Source of the DNA: an uncultured Chloroflexia bacterium
Lineage (GTDB): Bacteria; Chloroflexota; Limnocylindria; Limnocylindrales; CSP1-4
NCBI GenBank assembly: GCA_963789725.1
Contig: CAWBLU010000001.1
Span: forward strand, 783,790 to 847,789
Direction of reading: 5' to 3'
Length of the DNA stretch: 64,000 nucleotides
Under the pieces are notes generated by a model. That model did not search any database. It was not told where the DNA came from and saw only the letters and a program-made list of their open reading frames with translations. Position 1 is the first letter of the stretch. The number at the start of each line of letters is the position of its first letter. Positions 28,540 to 38,659 of this stretch are shown here, piece after piece. The position numbers and the translations under genes are program-made.

Positions 28540-29506
28540 TGGCCTCCTCCTCATTGTTCCCGATGATGTCGGTGGCACCGACCAGCGCCACGTAGGCGTC
28601 TTCGAGAGTCGCGGGGGCCAGCGAGTACTCCTCGATTCGGCCCGCCCGGCTCATGTTCTGGGCCCAGGTCGCGGCCTCCCCGCCTCGGCTCTCCGGCACC
28701 GTAGCAACCATGCGGCCGGCGGCCGCGACCCACGAGGTCGCGAACGCCGGTGCGGTCGGAGCGTCGGCGCCAGGCTCGAGAACAAGCTCGAGATGCAGGC
28801 CATCGGCAACGCCGGACTTCAAGTCGGCCGGCGTGCCCTCGGTCAGGACGCGTCCGTGATCCAGGATCGCCAGCCGATCGACCGACCGCTCGGCTTCGAC
28901 CACGTTGTGCGTGACCAGCAAGACCGCGGCGCCTTCGTCGGCCAGGGCTCGTACCTGGGCCCAGAGGAGGCGCCTCCGGACCGGGTCGACGTCGTTGGTG
29001 GGCTCGTCGAGGATGACCAGCCGACCCGGGACGACCGCCGCCATGCAGAACGACACCAGCCGCTTGACGCCGCCGGAGAGTCGAGCGCCGTCGACGTTCG
29101 CCCATTCGCCGATAGCGAGCGCTTCGATCAGATGGTCCGTTCGAGCGCGGACTACGGCGTCCTCGCCACCCCGAAGGCGGCCGAGTGTCTCAACCGCCTG
29201 GCGCGGTGTCAGGCCGTTGATCGGCACCTGAGCCTGGGGCTGGATCGAGCAGGCCCGGCGGGCGTACGCGGGATCCGCAACGACGTCGCGGCCGGAGATC
29301 CGGATCGAGCCCGCATCGGGCTTGAGCAGGCCGACGATCTGATTGACCAGCGTAGTCTTGCCGGCGCCGTTGTGGCCGAGGAACCCGTAGACCTGGCCCA
29401 AGTCGACCGTCAGGTTGACCCCGTCGTTGGCCGGCGTCGAGCTCTTCCTGTAGCGTTTCGTGATCCCATCGACTGCGAGCAGCACCGCCGTCTCCTTTCG
29501 TCTCAC
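28523..29506 (-). CDS. ABC exporter ATP-binding protein
   Basis: GHNGAGKTT, LSGG, LDEPT, TH and SLAPATLEDAY. Confidence 0.92.
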   Translation of the reverse strand: MRRKETAVLLAVDGITKRYRKSSTPANDGVNLTVDLGQVYGFLGHNGAGKTTLVNQIVGLLKPDAGSIRISGRDVVADPAYARRACSIQPQAQVPINGLTPRQAVETLGRLRGGEDAVVRARTDHLIEALAIGEWANVDGARLSGGVKRLVSFCMAAVVPGRLVILDEPTNDVDPVRRRLLWAQVRALADEGAAVLLVTHNVVEAERSVDRLAILDHGRVLTEGTPADLKSGVADGLHLELVLEPGADAPTAPAFATSWVAAAGRMVATVPESRGGEAATWAQNMSRAGRIEEYSLAPATLEDAYVALVGATDIIGNNEEEANVRAA

Positions 29507-29524
29507 CGCCGCGATCCAGCAACG

Positions 29525-29592
29525 ATACTAACGAGTATATGCATACCTTTTAGTATGTCAATACCCTTGAGTATGGAGAAACTTACTGGTAT
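29525..29592. promoter_or_regulatory. Four tandem ATAC-N6-GTAT palindromes (18-bp period), likely TetR operators
   Basis: ATACtaacgaGTAT, ATACcttttaGTAT, ATACccttgaGTAT, AAACttactgGTAT; they overlap divergent -10 elements. Confidence 0.8.
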
Positions 29593-29601
29593 CCTTTGCC
29601 C

Positions 29602-30261
29602 ATGCATGAACGTCTGAACCGTCACGAGCAAAAGGCTCAGACCAGGGCGCGGCTCCTCGACGCCGCGGCGCAAGTCTTCGCCCGGCGCGGCTTCGAAGTG
29701 GCATCTCTCGACGAGGTCGCCGCCGCGGCCGGGTACACGAAGGGCGCCGTCTACTCGAACTTCGCCAGCAAGACGGACCTGTTGATCGCGTTGCTCGAGC
29801 GTCGGATCGAGAGCCAGTCCGCGACCTACACGCGGCGGTTCGAAGGCCAGACCATCGAGTCCGTGGCGCGCGAGCTGCTCGAACCGGCCAGTCGGATCGA
29901 CGACGCCGAGAAACAGTTCCTGATGCTGTTCGCGGAGTTCTGGCTGCATGCGATGCGCGACGAGAGGACCCGGCTGCTCATGGCCGAGCAATACGAACGT
30001 GCCCGTACGTTCGTGACCGGTCTGCTGGTGGCGTCCGGTTACGGGAAGGCCGGCCGGCCGTCGATTCTCGAGCCCCGCGACATGGCGATCCTGATTGAGG
30101 CTCTCGGGACCGGCATGGCTCTCCAGGCGGCCATCGACCCGGAGCACGTCAGGCTCGGGATCGTTGCCGACGCACTGAGCGAGTTGCTTGGACTACCGGA
30201 CCCGGCGGCTGCCGGTTCCGTCGAAGCCACAGCCGGGCAGTCGCCGACTCCGGCCGGCTGA
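29602..30261 (+). CDS. TetR/AcrR family transcriptional regulator
   Basis: HTH ASLDEVAAAAGYTKGAVYSNFASK; TATCCT 6 nt before the ATG. Confidence 0.93.
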   Translation: MHERLNRHEQKAQTRARLLDAAAQVFARRGFEVASLDEVAAAAGYTKGAVYSNFASKTDLLIALLERRIESQSATYTRRFEGQTIESVARELLEPASRIDDAEKQFLMLFAEFWLHAMRDERTRLLMAEQYERARTFVTGLLVASGYGKAGRPSILEPRDMAILIEALGTGMALQAAIDPEHVRLGIVADALSELLGLPDPAAAGSVEATAGQSPTPAG

Positions 30262-31317
30262 TCAGGGCAGGGCGACTGGACCCGTCTTGCCGGCGGTCGA
30301 CTCTCGAACGACCAGTTCGGTTTCCAGGATGGTCTGCCGCGGCTCGCCGCCCGGGTCGGCCATCGTCCGGATGAGCAAGCTGACGGTCTCGGCTCCGAGT
30401 CCTTCGATCGACTGGCGGATGCTCGACAGCGCGGGTTGAGTGGCCTGGGCCGCGGCGCTATCGTCGTAGCCGATCACCGCGATATCTTCCGGGATCCGTC
30501 TGCCGGCTCGGCGAATCACGTCCAGGGCGGCAACGGCCATGGCGTCCGAGGCGATGAACACGGCGTCGACGTCGGGATGGTTTATGAGCAATCGCTCCAT
30601 GGCGATCAGGGCCCTGTCCGGTACGAATCCGCCGATCTCCTCCAGCGTTGGGTCCGGGGTGATCCCGGCGGCGGCAAGAGCGTCGCGATGGCCCGCCAGC
30701 CGGTCGCGAGCGGCGGGCAGGTCCAGGTCGCCGGAAATGGTCGCGATGCGCCGGCGTCCGAGTGAGATGAGGTGCTGTGTGGCGGACTCGCCGCCGTGGC
30801 GGTTGTCGGTGTCGGCGTAGCTGACCGCCGTGTCCAGCGCGGGGCGGCCGCAGCTGACCACGGGCAAGCCGCGCTCCAGGAGCTGGGCGGGCAACGGGCT
30901 GCGGCTGTGAAGGCTGACCAGGATCGCCCCGTCCACGTGGCCCGAGGTCAGGTACGTCCGGGCCAGCTGCATCTCCTCACCCGACCTGGGAATCAGCAGC
31001 ACCAGGAGCAGCGACCGGCTGGCGACGGCCTGGTAGATGCCCGTGATCAGAGGGGCGAAGAAGGGGTCGCCGAAGAGCATGGTCGTCGGTTCATTGATCA
31101 GAGCCGCGACCGAGTTCGTCTTGATGCGGCCTATCGGCCGCTCCGGCCCGGCCGCGACTGTCTCGTGACCCCGCCCTGCCGGGTTGAGCGTCAAGGGCTG
31201 CGGCCGGACGAAAGTGTCGGCCGTGGCGGTGGAATCAGCCGCGTCGGACCGGCCACGCCGGGCCTCGCGAGCGGAGGACACGGCGCCGAGTCCATTGCCT
31301 GGTTCTATATGAGCCAC
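30262..31317 (-). CDS. LacI/GalR-family ligand-binding protein lacking a recognisable HTH
   Basis: DPFF, VDGAIL, DN..GG..ATQHL, RIPEDIAVIGYDD and LVVREST; GGAGG SD before GTG at 31317. Confidence 0.8.
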   Translation of the reverse strand: MAHIEPGNGLGAVSSAREARRGRSDAADSTATADTFVRPQPLTLNPAGRGHETVAAGPERPIGRIKTNSVAALINEPTTMLFGDPFFAPLITGIYQAVASRSLLLVLLIPRSGEEMQLARTYLTSGHVDGAILVSLHSRSPLPAQLLERGLPVVSCGRPALDTAVSYADTDNRHGGESATQHLISLGRRRIATISGDLDLPAARDRLAGHRDALAAAGITPDPTLEEIGGFVPDRALIAMERLLINHPDVDAVFIASDAMAVAALDVIRRAGRRIPEDIAVIGYDDSAAAQATQPALSSIRQSIEGLGAETVSLLIRTMADPGGEPRQTILETELVVRESTAGKTGPVALP

Positions 31318-31541
31318 TCGATCCTCCGAGGGTCTCCGGCTCGCCTCGATCGAAGGTACGCGCCGGCGCCGCAATAGGAGTCGGTCGGCGTGACGGCAGG
31401 CGAAAGTCGGGTCGGGGCGGTAGGCCGGTGACCCGCAACCCGCGACCCGGTGGATCGGCCCGACGGCGTTTCCGGGCCCCGGGGGCCAGGTTTCGGTATC
31501 GTGTGCTCACACAGCCGAACACCTGCATCAAGGAACGTCCC

Positions 31542-32747
31542 GTGGCCCTGCCTCTTCGCTCGCTGACGCCAGCCGCGCCCGACCCCATCCTCGGCCTCTC
31601 GGAGGCTTTCCGGGCGGATACTCGCCCCCACAAGGTCAACCTGAGCGTCGGCGTTTACGTCGACGAATCGGGGGTTACGCCGGTCATCCCATCCGTACTC
31701 GAGGCCGAGCGGCAGCTACTCCAGAAGGCCGGATCGAAGGGTTACCTTCCGATCGACGGCCGCCCTGCCTACAAGGCCGGCGTACGGGACCTCATCTTCG
31801 GCACCGAGCACGAGATCGTGACGAGCGGCCGATCGGTCACGGCCCAGACGCCCGGCGGGACGGGCGCCCTGCGTGTCGCCGCCGACTTCCTGCTCCAGAC
31901 GGGCTCGGCGAAGACGATATGGCTGAGCGACCCCACCTGGCCGAATCATCCGCAGCTCTTCGGCCTGGCCGGCTTCGCCTTGAAGACTTATCCATACCTC
32001 GACGAGTCGGGCCGTCGCATCGACGCGACCAAGATGCTGGCCGCCCTGCGCACCGCCGCGCCCGGAGACGTCGTTCTTCTTCATGGCTCATGCCACAACC
32101 CGAGCGGCGTCGACCCTGATCAGGAGACATGGGCGGCGGTCGGGGAGGCCGTGGTGGAGCGGGAGTTGCTTCCCATCGTCGACTTCGCCTATCAGGGCTT
32201 CGGGTTCGGCCTGCGCGAGGACGCGGACTGGCTGGCCGGTCTCGCCCGGCCCGGCCTGGAATTCCTCGTCTGCTCGAGCTACTCGAAGAACTTCGCCCTC
32301 TACAACGAACGGGTCGGAGCTCTCACGATCGTCGCGGCCGATGCCACGCGTGCGGCGGCGGCGCTGAGCCACGTCAAGATCGCAATCCGGTCGAATTACT
32401 CCAACCCGCCGGCCCACGGCGGCGACATCGTGGAGACGATCCTGTCGGACGGGGTCTTGCGGGCTCAGTGGGAAGTGGATCTGGCGGGAATGCGCAACAG
32501 GATCCTCGGCAACCGGGCGGCGCTGGTCGCCGGTCTCGAGGCCGCGGGCGTTCCCGGTGAGTGGGACCCGATCCGCCGGCAGCGTGGCATGTTCGCCCTG
32601 CTCGGCCTCTCGTCCGAGCAGGTGGCTCACCTGCGCGACGAATTCGCCGTCTACGTCGTCGGCCGCGGCCGAATCAACGTCGCCGGAATCACCGAAACCA
32701 ACCTGCCGCACGTCATCGCCGCCGTGAAGGCCGTAATCGAGGGCTGA
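31542..32747 (+). CDS. aspC: Aspartate/aromatic amino-acid aminotransferase (family I-alpha)
   Basis: PDPILGL, QTPGGTGALR, PTWPNH, CHNPSG, DFAYQG, SYSKNF, YSNPP and GRIN motifs. Confidence 0.9.
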   Translation: MALPLRSLTPAAPDPILGLSEAFRADTRPHKVNLSVGVYVDESGVTPVIPSVLEAERQLLQKAGSKGYLPIDGRPAYKAGVRDLIFGTEHEIVTSGRSVTAQTPGGTGALRVAADFLLQTGSAKTIWLSDPTWPNHPQLFGLAGFALKTYPYLDESGRRIDATKMLAALRTAAPGDVVLLHGSCHNPSGVDPDQETWAAVGEAVVERELLPIVDFAYQGFGFGLREDADWLAGLARPGLEFLVCSSYSKNFALYNERVGALTIVAADATRAAAALSHVKIAIRSNYSNPPAHGGDIVETILSDGVLRAQWEVDLAGMRNRILGNRAALVAGLEAAGVPGEWDPIRRQRGMFALLGLSSEQVAHLRDEFAVYVVGRGRINVAGITETNLPHVIAAVKAVIEG

Positions 32748-32840
32748 TGGCTTCGAGGCCGCGCCGGCCTCGCCCGCTCCGAATTCGCCCCTCGACCGCT
32801 GCGTTGGCCGCTATCTTGACCTGGGCCGAACGAGGTCGAC

Positions 32841-33494
32841 ATGGCGGCGCTCGAGAACGTTTGGGCCGTGCCCGACGTCAGTCGGAGTGGAGGGCAATTG
32901 AGGGCCCCACGAGGCGACAGAGCGAAAGATGGGCAGGGCATGGCCGCGGACATCGCGGTGGAACGGATCCGCGTCGATGCGGCCGCGGAGTTCTCGCGGC
33001 TGGTCGATCGCCACCTCGATTCCGCATACCGCCTGGCCAGTGTCGTCCTCGGCGATCCGACCGAGGCGGAGGATGCGGCCCACGACGCGTCGCTGCTGGC
33101 CTGGCGCCGGTTCGGAACGCTGCGCGAGCGAGACCACTTCGAGCAATGGTTCTGCCGCATCGTCGTCAACGTCTGCCGCGACCGGCTGCGCCGCCGTCGC
33201 CGCCATCCCGTCCAGGAATTACCCGCCTTCGATGCCATCGAACTCCACGCTCCCGACGAAACCGGCCGGCTCGCCACCAGAGATGCCATCGACTCCGCTT
33301 TCGTTCGACTCGAACCCGACCACCAGGTCGTGGTCGCCTTGCGCTTCTACCGCGATCTGACGGTGGACGAGATGGCGCGGCGGCTCGGCATCCCCGCCGG
33401 CACCGTGAAGTCGAGGCTTCACCACGCCCTGCGCCGGCTGCGCCGCGAGATGGAGAGCCAGGGATGGCGCGAGGAGTCGATAGATGGCGCCTGA
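32841..33494 (+). CDS. ECF sigma-70 factor
   Basis: AEDAAHDA, WFCRIVVN and LGIPAGTVKSRLH. Confidence 0.92.
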   Translation: MAALENVWAVPDVSRSGGQLRAPRGDRAKDGQGMAADIAVERIRVDAAAEFSRLVDRHLDSAYRLASVVLGDPTEAEDAAHDASLLAWRRFGTLRERDHFEQWFCRIVVNVCRDRLRRRRRHPVQELPAFDAIELHAPDETGRLATRDAIDSAFVRLEPDHQVVVALRFYRDLTVDEMARRLGIPAGTVKSRLHHALRRLRREMESQGWREESIDGA

Positions 33495-34650
33495 CCGTGA
33501 GACTCCGTTCCGGGAACGGACCGAGAGAGAAATCCGGGCCTGGGTTCGCGGCCGCGACGCCGGCCCCGCGCCGGAGCGTCTGCGGATGCGGATCGCTAGC
33601 ATCGCCCAGACAGAGCCCGCGCCGCGGCGAAAGCTCGGGGCGATCTTGCGGCCTGCGTACGCCATTGCTGCTGCCGCCGCCGCCGTCGCGTTGGTCCTTG
33701 GAGCGATGGCGTTGCGAAACGCGCCCGGGCCGGTCGCCAACCCAGGTTCCGGCTCTCCGGCCGCCGGTCCGACGACGACTGTCACGCCTATCGCGGTTCC
33801 GGATCTGCCGATCGGGCCGTGGCCTCGAACCGGCCCCGTTCTGGCTATTCCACTGGACGGCGCGCTCCTGGCCGTGGTCGCCGTCCTTCCCCTCGTATTG
33901 GCGTTGCTGATCGTTGCCCGCCTCGCCCGATCCACCCGGGTCGAGGCGCGACGAGCGGAGTTCCAGTCGGGCTGGTCATGGCTCCGCCTCTGGCACCTGA
34001 GCTCGCGCCGGACACGTGCACTTCGGGCCCTTGCGGTGCTGGCCGCGGGCGCCCTGGTCGCCGTCGGCTGCGGCCTCTTGCGGATGGACCAGGGTACGCC
34101 CCTGGCATACGCCAACTGGGAAGCGCCCGGGACTGCGAACGTGCTCGGCTACAGGGATTCCGTTGGCGGCGGGCCATCCGAGCAGTACATAACATTCGTT
34201 CCCGGGGGGCAGGTCGAGGTGGGCATCGAACTGTCCAACAGGGGTGACCTTCCACTCACGGTCACGTCATTCGATGCCGACCGTTTCGCGTCGGAACAGG
34301 AGGCCGGTGCCTTCATCTCGTCCGTGGATATCCGGCTTCCGGGTGGCGCCCTGATGGGTGGTTCGTACCCGATCGACGGCTACGCCGAGAGCTTCCATCC
34401 CTTCGAGATCCCGCCGGGCGGACAGACGTCAATGTGGCTCGTCCTGCGCATGAAGGAGTGCAGATCCGCAGTAGCCGGCCCTCTCCCCTCGCCCGGCGCG
34501 AGCAGCGACGTCTCCTTGCCTGCGACCGGCTATGTCACATTCGGCGAGCTGCCTTTCCGCTATAGCGTCCTCGGCATCGAACGCGAGGTGAACATCAAGC
34601 TGTTCATTGCCGTGGGCCTCGTCCTCGGTTCCACCGAGGTGACGTGCTGA
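33484..34650 (+). CDS. Multi-TM membrane protein, putative anti-sigma factor with an extracellular beta domain
   Basis: Overlaps the sigma gene; N-terminal PAPERLRMRI; three hydrophobic segments; PGGQVEVGIELSNRGDLPLTV. Confidence 0.6.
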   Translation: MAPDRETPFRERTEREIRAWVRGRDAGPAPERLRMRIASIAQTEPAPRRKLGAILRPAYAIAAAAAAVALVLGAMALRNAPGPVANPGSGSPAAGPTTTVTPIAVPDLPIGPWPRTGPVLAIPLDGALLAVVAVLPLVLALLIVARLARSTRVEARRAEFQSGWSWLRLWHLSSRRTRALRALAVLAAGALVAVGCGLLRMDQGTPLAYANWEAPGTANVLGYRDSVGGGPSEQYITFVPGGQVEVGIELSNRGDLPLTVTSFDADRFASEQEAGAFISSVDIRLPGGALMGGSYPIDGYAESFHPFEIPPGGQTSMWLVLRMKECRSAVAGPLPSPGASSDVSLPATGYVTFGELPFRYSVLGIEREVNIKLFIAVGLVLGSTEVTC

Positions 34651-35492
34651 TGCCGGCATCCTTGATCGATCCGATCCTGGCCGCGGTTGCGGTGGCCGCT
34701 GCCATCTTCACCGGGCTGGTGCTCCTCGAGGCGAGACTCGGACCGCCTCGTGTTGGGCCGGGGCAGGTCGAGGGTTCGGGCGAGAGCTTGGCCCCCAGAG
34801 CGCGGAGTCGCCGCCGGCTCGGCGCCGTCGTGGCCGTGGTGGCGCTGGCTTCCGTCGCCGTCTACGGCGTCATCTTCGTCAAGACGTACGACCCGCTGCG
34901 GGTCGCGGGACCCGGTATCGGTTCGGGGCCGCTTTATCTGGGGACGATTCCGGCCACGTACGGGGGCCTCGATAGCATCGGTTTCGCGGCGGTCCCAGGT
35001 GGCGATGTCCGGCTGGAGTTCAGCCTCATGAATACGGGCGACTTTCCACTGACCGTCGTCGGCCTCATGGATCCGGACACGAACCAGGCGACCTGGTCCG
35101 GCGGGATCTTCGCGTCGGGGCTGATAGCCCCGTATGGCTCGGCCTCAGATGGAGCGTTCCACAGGTTCCAGATCGAGCCCAACTCGATCGCGGCCGTCAC
35201 CGTGAGCCTTCGACTCGGCTGCTTTGGCCGGATACCGACCCCGACCCTGGCCCCCGAAAAGTCGCCGTCTGCGGCGGCCGCCCTCGCAGCCCAGGGTTGG
35301 CGGAACCTTGCCTACGCCTACTTGCCCATTGGCTTTGAAGCCTTCGGAATAGAGCATCAGGTGAATTTGTCATTGCCGTTCTACATATCCCTGGCAGTGG
35401 TGGACCAGTCGGGCTGCGATGGCGGGCAGGATGGCTCCTCGCTGCCAGGCGGCCTCTACGTGACGCCGGTACCCTCGATCGCGTATCCGTAG
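34644..35492 (+). CDS. Membrane protein paralogous to the C-terminal part of the upstream gene
   Basis: Two TM segments; PGGDVRLEFSLMNTGDFPLTV...FHRFQIEP...FGIEHQVNL. Confidence 0.65.
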   Translation: MLMPASLIDPILAAVAVAAAIFTGLVLLEARLGPPRVGPGQVEGSGESLAPRARSRRRLGAVVAVVALASVAVYGVIFVKTYDPLRVAGPGIGSGPLYLGTIPATYGGLDSIGFAAVPGGDVRLEFSLMNTGDFPLTVVGLMDPDTNQATWSGGIFASGLIAPYGSASDGAFHRFQIEPNSIAAVTVSLRLGCFGRIPTPTLAPEKSPSAAAALAAQGWRNLAYAYLPIGFEAFGIEHQVNLSLPFYISLAVVDQSGCDGGQDGSSLPGGLYVTPVPSIAYP

Positions 35493-35559
35493 CAATATGG
35501 AACCGGGCCGCGCTTTCGGGCGTCTGGCTGACATGAGCAAGGAACCTGGAAGGTTGACC

Positions 35560-36471
35560 ATGTCTCGACGTGACAACGCCGCCCTGTCGTTTGCCCGCCT
35601 TCTCGGCGCGGGCGCGATCCTGTCGCTACTGATCGCCGGGTGCGTCGGTTCGTCCGGCGCCGCCTCGGCTCCGCCGGACGCCTCGAATGGACCGGAAGAT
35701 CCGGCTGCGGCGTCAGCGTCCGCCGCTCCTTCAGCCGCGATGAGCTTCTATCTGCGAGCCTGGCAGACACAGGCCCTCGCGCCGCAGTACACCTTCGGCT
35801 CGTTGCCGACCGTAACCATCTCGGGCGGGTCGTACATCGACGGTCGAGTGGCGATCCCGGCGATCTACCCGGGCCCGATCTACGTCGGACCGTCGGTCAG
35901 GCCGATCAGCGCGGAGGGCATAGCGGCGATCGTGGCCGAGGCTCGGACCGACGGCCTCCTGGGCGACAAGACGGACTTCAGCGCCGGCACGGCTCCGGGC
36001 TCGGTCCTGGGCCACATCAGGATCGTCGTCGACGGCGTCACTCACGATCTCACCGGCGCGCTGCCGACGGACGCCTCCACCGTCGCCGGCTCACCCGGCA
36101 CCTCCGGGGCATTCGCGGCGTTCTGGAATCGCGTCGGGACGATCGGTATGTGGCTCGCGGCCGATCTCGGCCAGAGCGCCCCGTACACGCCGGCCGGCAT
36201 TGCGGTGCTGGTCGCCCCCCCGGCGGACGCCTCTGCCGGTATCGCCCCGAACGAGGTGCCGTGGCCGCTCACGACGCCTTTCGCGACGTTCGGGCAGCCG
36301 TACGGTGGATCCGTCTACCGATGCGCAACGGTGGCCGGCGCGGACCTGGCAACTCTGGGCCCGGTCGTGCAGGCGGCGAACGCCCTGACCCGCTTCGTGG
36401 ACTCGACCGGCGCGAAGATGTCGCTCCAGGTCCGGGTCCTGGTGCCGGGCGACGAGGGCCCCTGCCCATAG
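35560..36471 (+). CDS. Hypothetical lipoprotein
   Basis: Lipobox IAGC; PAIYPGP motif; alternative starts at 35497 and 35533. Confidence 0.65.
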   Translation: MSRRDNAALSFARLLGAGAILSLLIAGCVGSSGAASAPPDASNGPEDPAAASASAAPSAAMSFYLRAWQTQALAPQYTFGSLPTVTISGGSYIDGRVAIPAIYPGPIYVGPSVRPISAEGIAAIVAEARTDGLLGDKTDFSAGTAPGSVLGHIRIVVDGVTHDLTGALPTDASTVAGSPGTSGAFAAFWNRVGTIGMWLAADLGQSAPYTPAGIAVLVAPPADASAGIAPNEVPWPLTTPFATFGQPYGGSVYRCATVAGADLATLGPVVQAANALTRFVDSTGAKMSLQVRVLVPGDEGPCP

Positions 36472-36603
36472 CTCAGGGTCGCCCGGGCGTCTGAGCGGCC
36501 GCCGCAAGACCGCCTACGCCATTGGTCCTACCGCTTGCGGCGCCCCCGACCCGGTACGTTCTGTAGGGCCGAACGGCCGTTGAAACGGGTTCATGCAGGG
36601 TGA

Positions 36604-38361
36604 ATGCTGGTCGGCATGAGACAGCTGCCACGCTCGGTCAAGGACCTCCGCCCAGCGGGCGTCGTGCGTATTCCGTTCCGCGGCGCCGAGCTCCTCGAGC
36701 GGCCCCTTCTGAACAAGGACTCGGGCTTCGACGATCGCGAGCGCGACGTCTTCGGATTGCGCGGCCTGCTGCCGCCTCGCAACTCAACGATCGAAGAGCA
36801 GGTCACCCTCGAGCTGGAGCACATCCGCATCAAGGGCGACGATCTCGAGCGATACATCGGCCTGGCGGCATTGCAGGACCGCAACGAGACGCTCTTCTAC
36901 CGCGTGCTCCTCGAGAACCTCGAGGAGTTCATGCCGATCGTCTACACCCCCACCGTTGGGCGAGCCTGCCAGACCTTCAGCCACATCATGAGGCGGCCGC
37001 GTGGTGTATGGATTACGCCGGCCGATCTCGACCGCATCCCCGACCTGCTTCGCAACGCCCGGACGGACTCGACCGGGGCTACCCGCATCGGTGACGTCCG
37101 CTTGATCGTGGCCACCGACAACGAACGGATACTCGGGCTCGGCGATCAGGGGGCCGGGGGCATGGGAATCCCGGTCGGCAAGCTCTCCCTGTACACCGGC
37201 GGAGCGGGCATCTACCCGGCGCATACCCTGCCGGTCTCACTGGACGTCGGCACCGACAACGAAGAGTTGCTGGCCGACCCGTTCTACATCGGCTACCGCG
37301 AGCGGCGGCTGCGTGGCTCCGAATACGACGACTTCATCGAGGCCTTCGTCTCGGCGATCATGGAGGTGTGCCCGCGCGCCGTGCTGCAATGGGAAGACTT
37401 CAAGCAGCACAACGCCATTCGCATCCTCGACCGATACCGCCACCGTCTGACCTGCTTCAACGACGACATCCAGGGCACAGGCGCGGTCGTCCTGGCCGGG
37501 ATCCTTGCGGCGGTTCGGGTGATCGGCCGGCCTCTGGCGGAGCAGCGGTTCGTCTTCCTCGGGGCAGGCGCCGCCGGCACGGGCATAGCCCGGATGGTTC
37601 GAGCGGCCATGAGCGCCCAGGGTTCGGACGGCGCGTCGATCAAGCGGGCCATCGCGACGGTAGACACGAAGGGCCTGGTCTTCGCGTCCCGCGACGAACT
37701 GGACGACGACAAGCGGGAATTCGCGCTCGGCCCGGACGAACTCGCCCACTTCGGATTGAGCGAGCTGAAGCCGTCCGATCGGGTCAGCCTGGAAGCCGTC
37801 ATGGCGGCGCTCAGACCGACGATGCTGGTCGGCACGAGCGGCGTGGCCGGAGCGTTCACCGAAGCCGCGATCCGCGAAATGGCTGCCCACACGGAGCGGC
37901 CCGTCATCTTCCCGCTCTCCAACCCCACGACCAAGACGGAGGCGATTCCGGCCGACATCATGACCTGGACGGCCGGCCGAGCCCTGATCGCGACCGGCAG
38001 CCCGTTCGAGCCCGTCGTGATCGATGGCCGGAGCCATGTGATCGGGCAGGCCAACAACGTGTTCATCTTCCCCGGCCTGGGTCTGGGAGCGATCGTGGCC
38101 GAAGCTCGCGAGATCACCGACGAAATGTTCCTCCTGGCCGCGGAGACACTGGCCGAGATGGTCTCGCCCGAACGGTTGGCCGAAGGTGCACTCTATCCAG
38201 CCGTCTCGCAATTGCGCCAGGTGTCACGCCAGATCGCCGCAAAGGTCGTCTGCCAGAGTCGCGATTGCGGGGTCGGGCGGTTGTACCGCGACGACGAGGT
38301 CTTCGAGGCGGTCGATTCGGCGATCTGGTTCCCAGGCTATCTGCCGTACGAGCCGGCGTAG
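36604..38361 (+). CDS. maeA: NAD-dependent malic enzyme
   Basis: PIVYTPTVG, ERILGLGDQG, FNDDIQGTG, GAGAAG, LSNPT and QANNVFIFPG. Confidence 0.95.
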   Translation: MLVGMRQLPRSVKDLRPAGVVRIPFRGAELLERPLLNKDSGFDDRERDVFGLRGLLPPRNSTIEEQVTLELEHIRIKGDDLERYIGLAALQDRNETLFYRVLLENLEEFMPIVYTPTVGRACQTFSHIMRRPRGVWITPADLDRIPDLLRNARTDSTGATRIGDVRLIVATDNERILGLGDQGAGGMGIPVGKLSLYTGGAGIYPAHTLPVSLDVGTDNEELLADPFYIGYRERRLRGSEYDDFIEAFVSAIMEVCPRAVLQWEDFKQHNAIRILDRYRHRLTCFNDDIQGTGAVVLAGILAAVRVIGRPLAEQRFVFLGAGAAGTGIARMVRAAMSAQGSDGASIKRAIATVDTKGLVFASRDELDDDKREFALGPDELAHFGLSELKPSDRVSLEAVMAALRPTMLVGTSGVAGAFTEAAIREMAAHTERPVIFPLSNPTTKTEAIPADIMTWTAGRALIATGSPFEPVVIDGRSHVIGQANNVFIFPGLGLGAIVAEAREITDEMFLLAAETLAEMVSPERLAEGALYPAVSQLRQVSRQIAAKVVCQSRDCGVGRLYRDDEVFEAVDSAIWFPGYLPYEPA

Positions 38362-38659
38362 ACCCGAGCTCGCGGATCGGCCGTCGGATGCGCCGCGGCG
38401 TCTCGGTGGCGTCGATGGCCTCGCGTCGGGTCGGCTTTGCCGGATAGAGTCGCCGTGGACCGGAGCAGGACGCCCTGGAGCGGGTTTCGGGGCCGGCGGG
38501 CCGCACCTCCCGCCTATATGCGCTATTACCTATGGCTAGTGCCGGAGCCGCTCGAATTCCGTCATTCTGATGCGAGCCGGTACACAGGCCCTGGAGAGAG
38601 TCCGCGCGTTGACACGTCCGGGCGGCCGCAGGCGGCCGCGGCGGTAAAGGAGATCGGGG

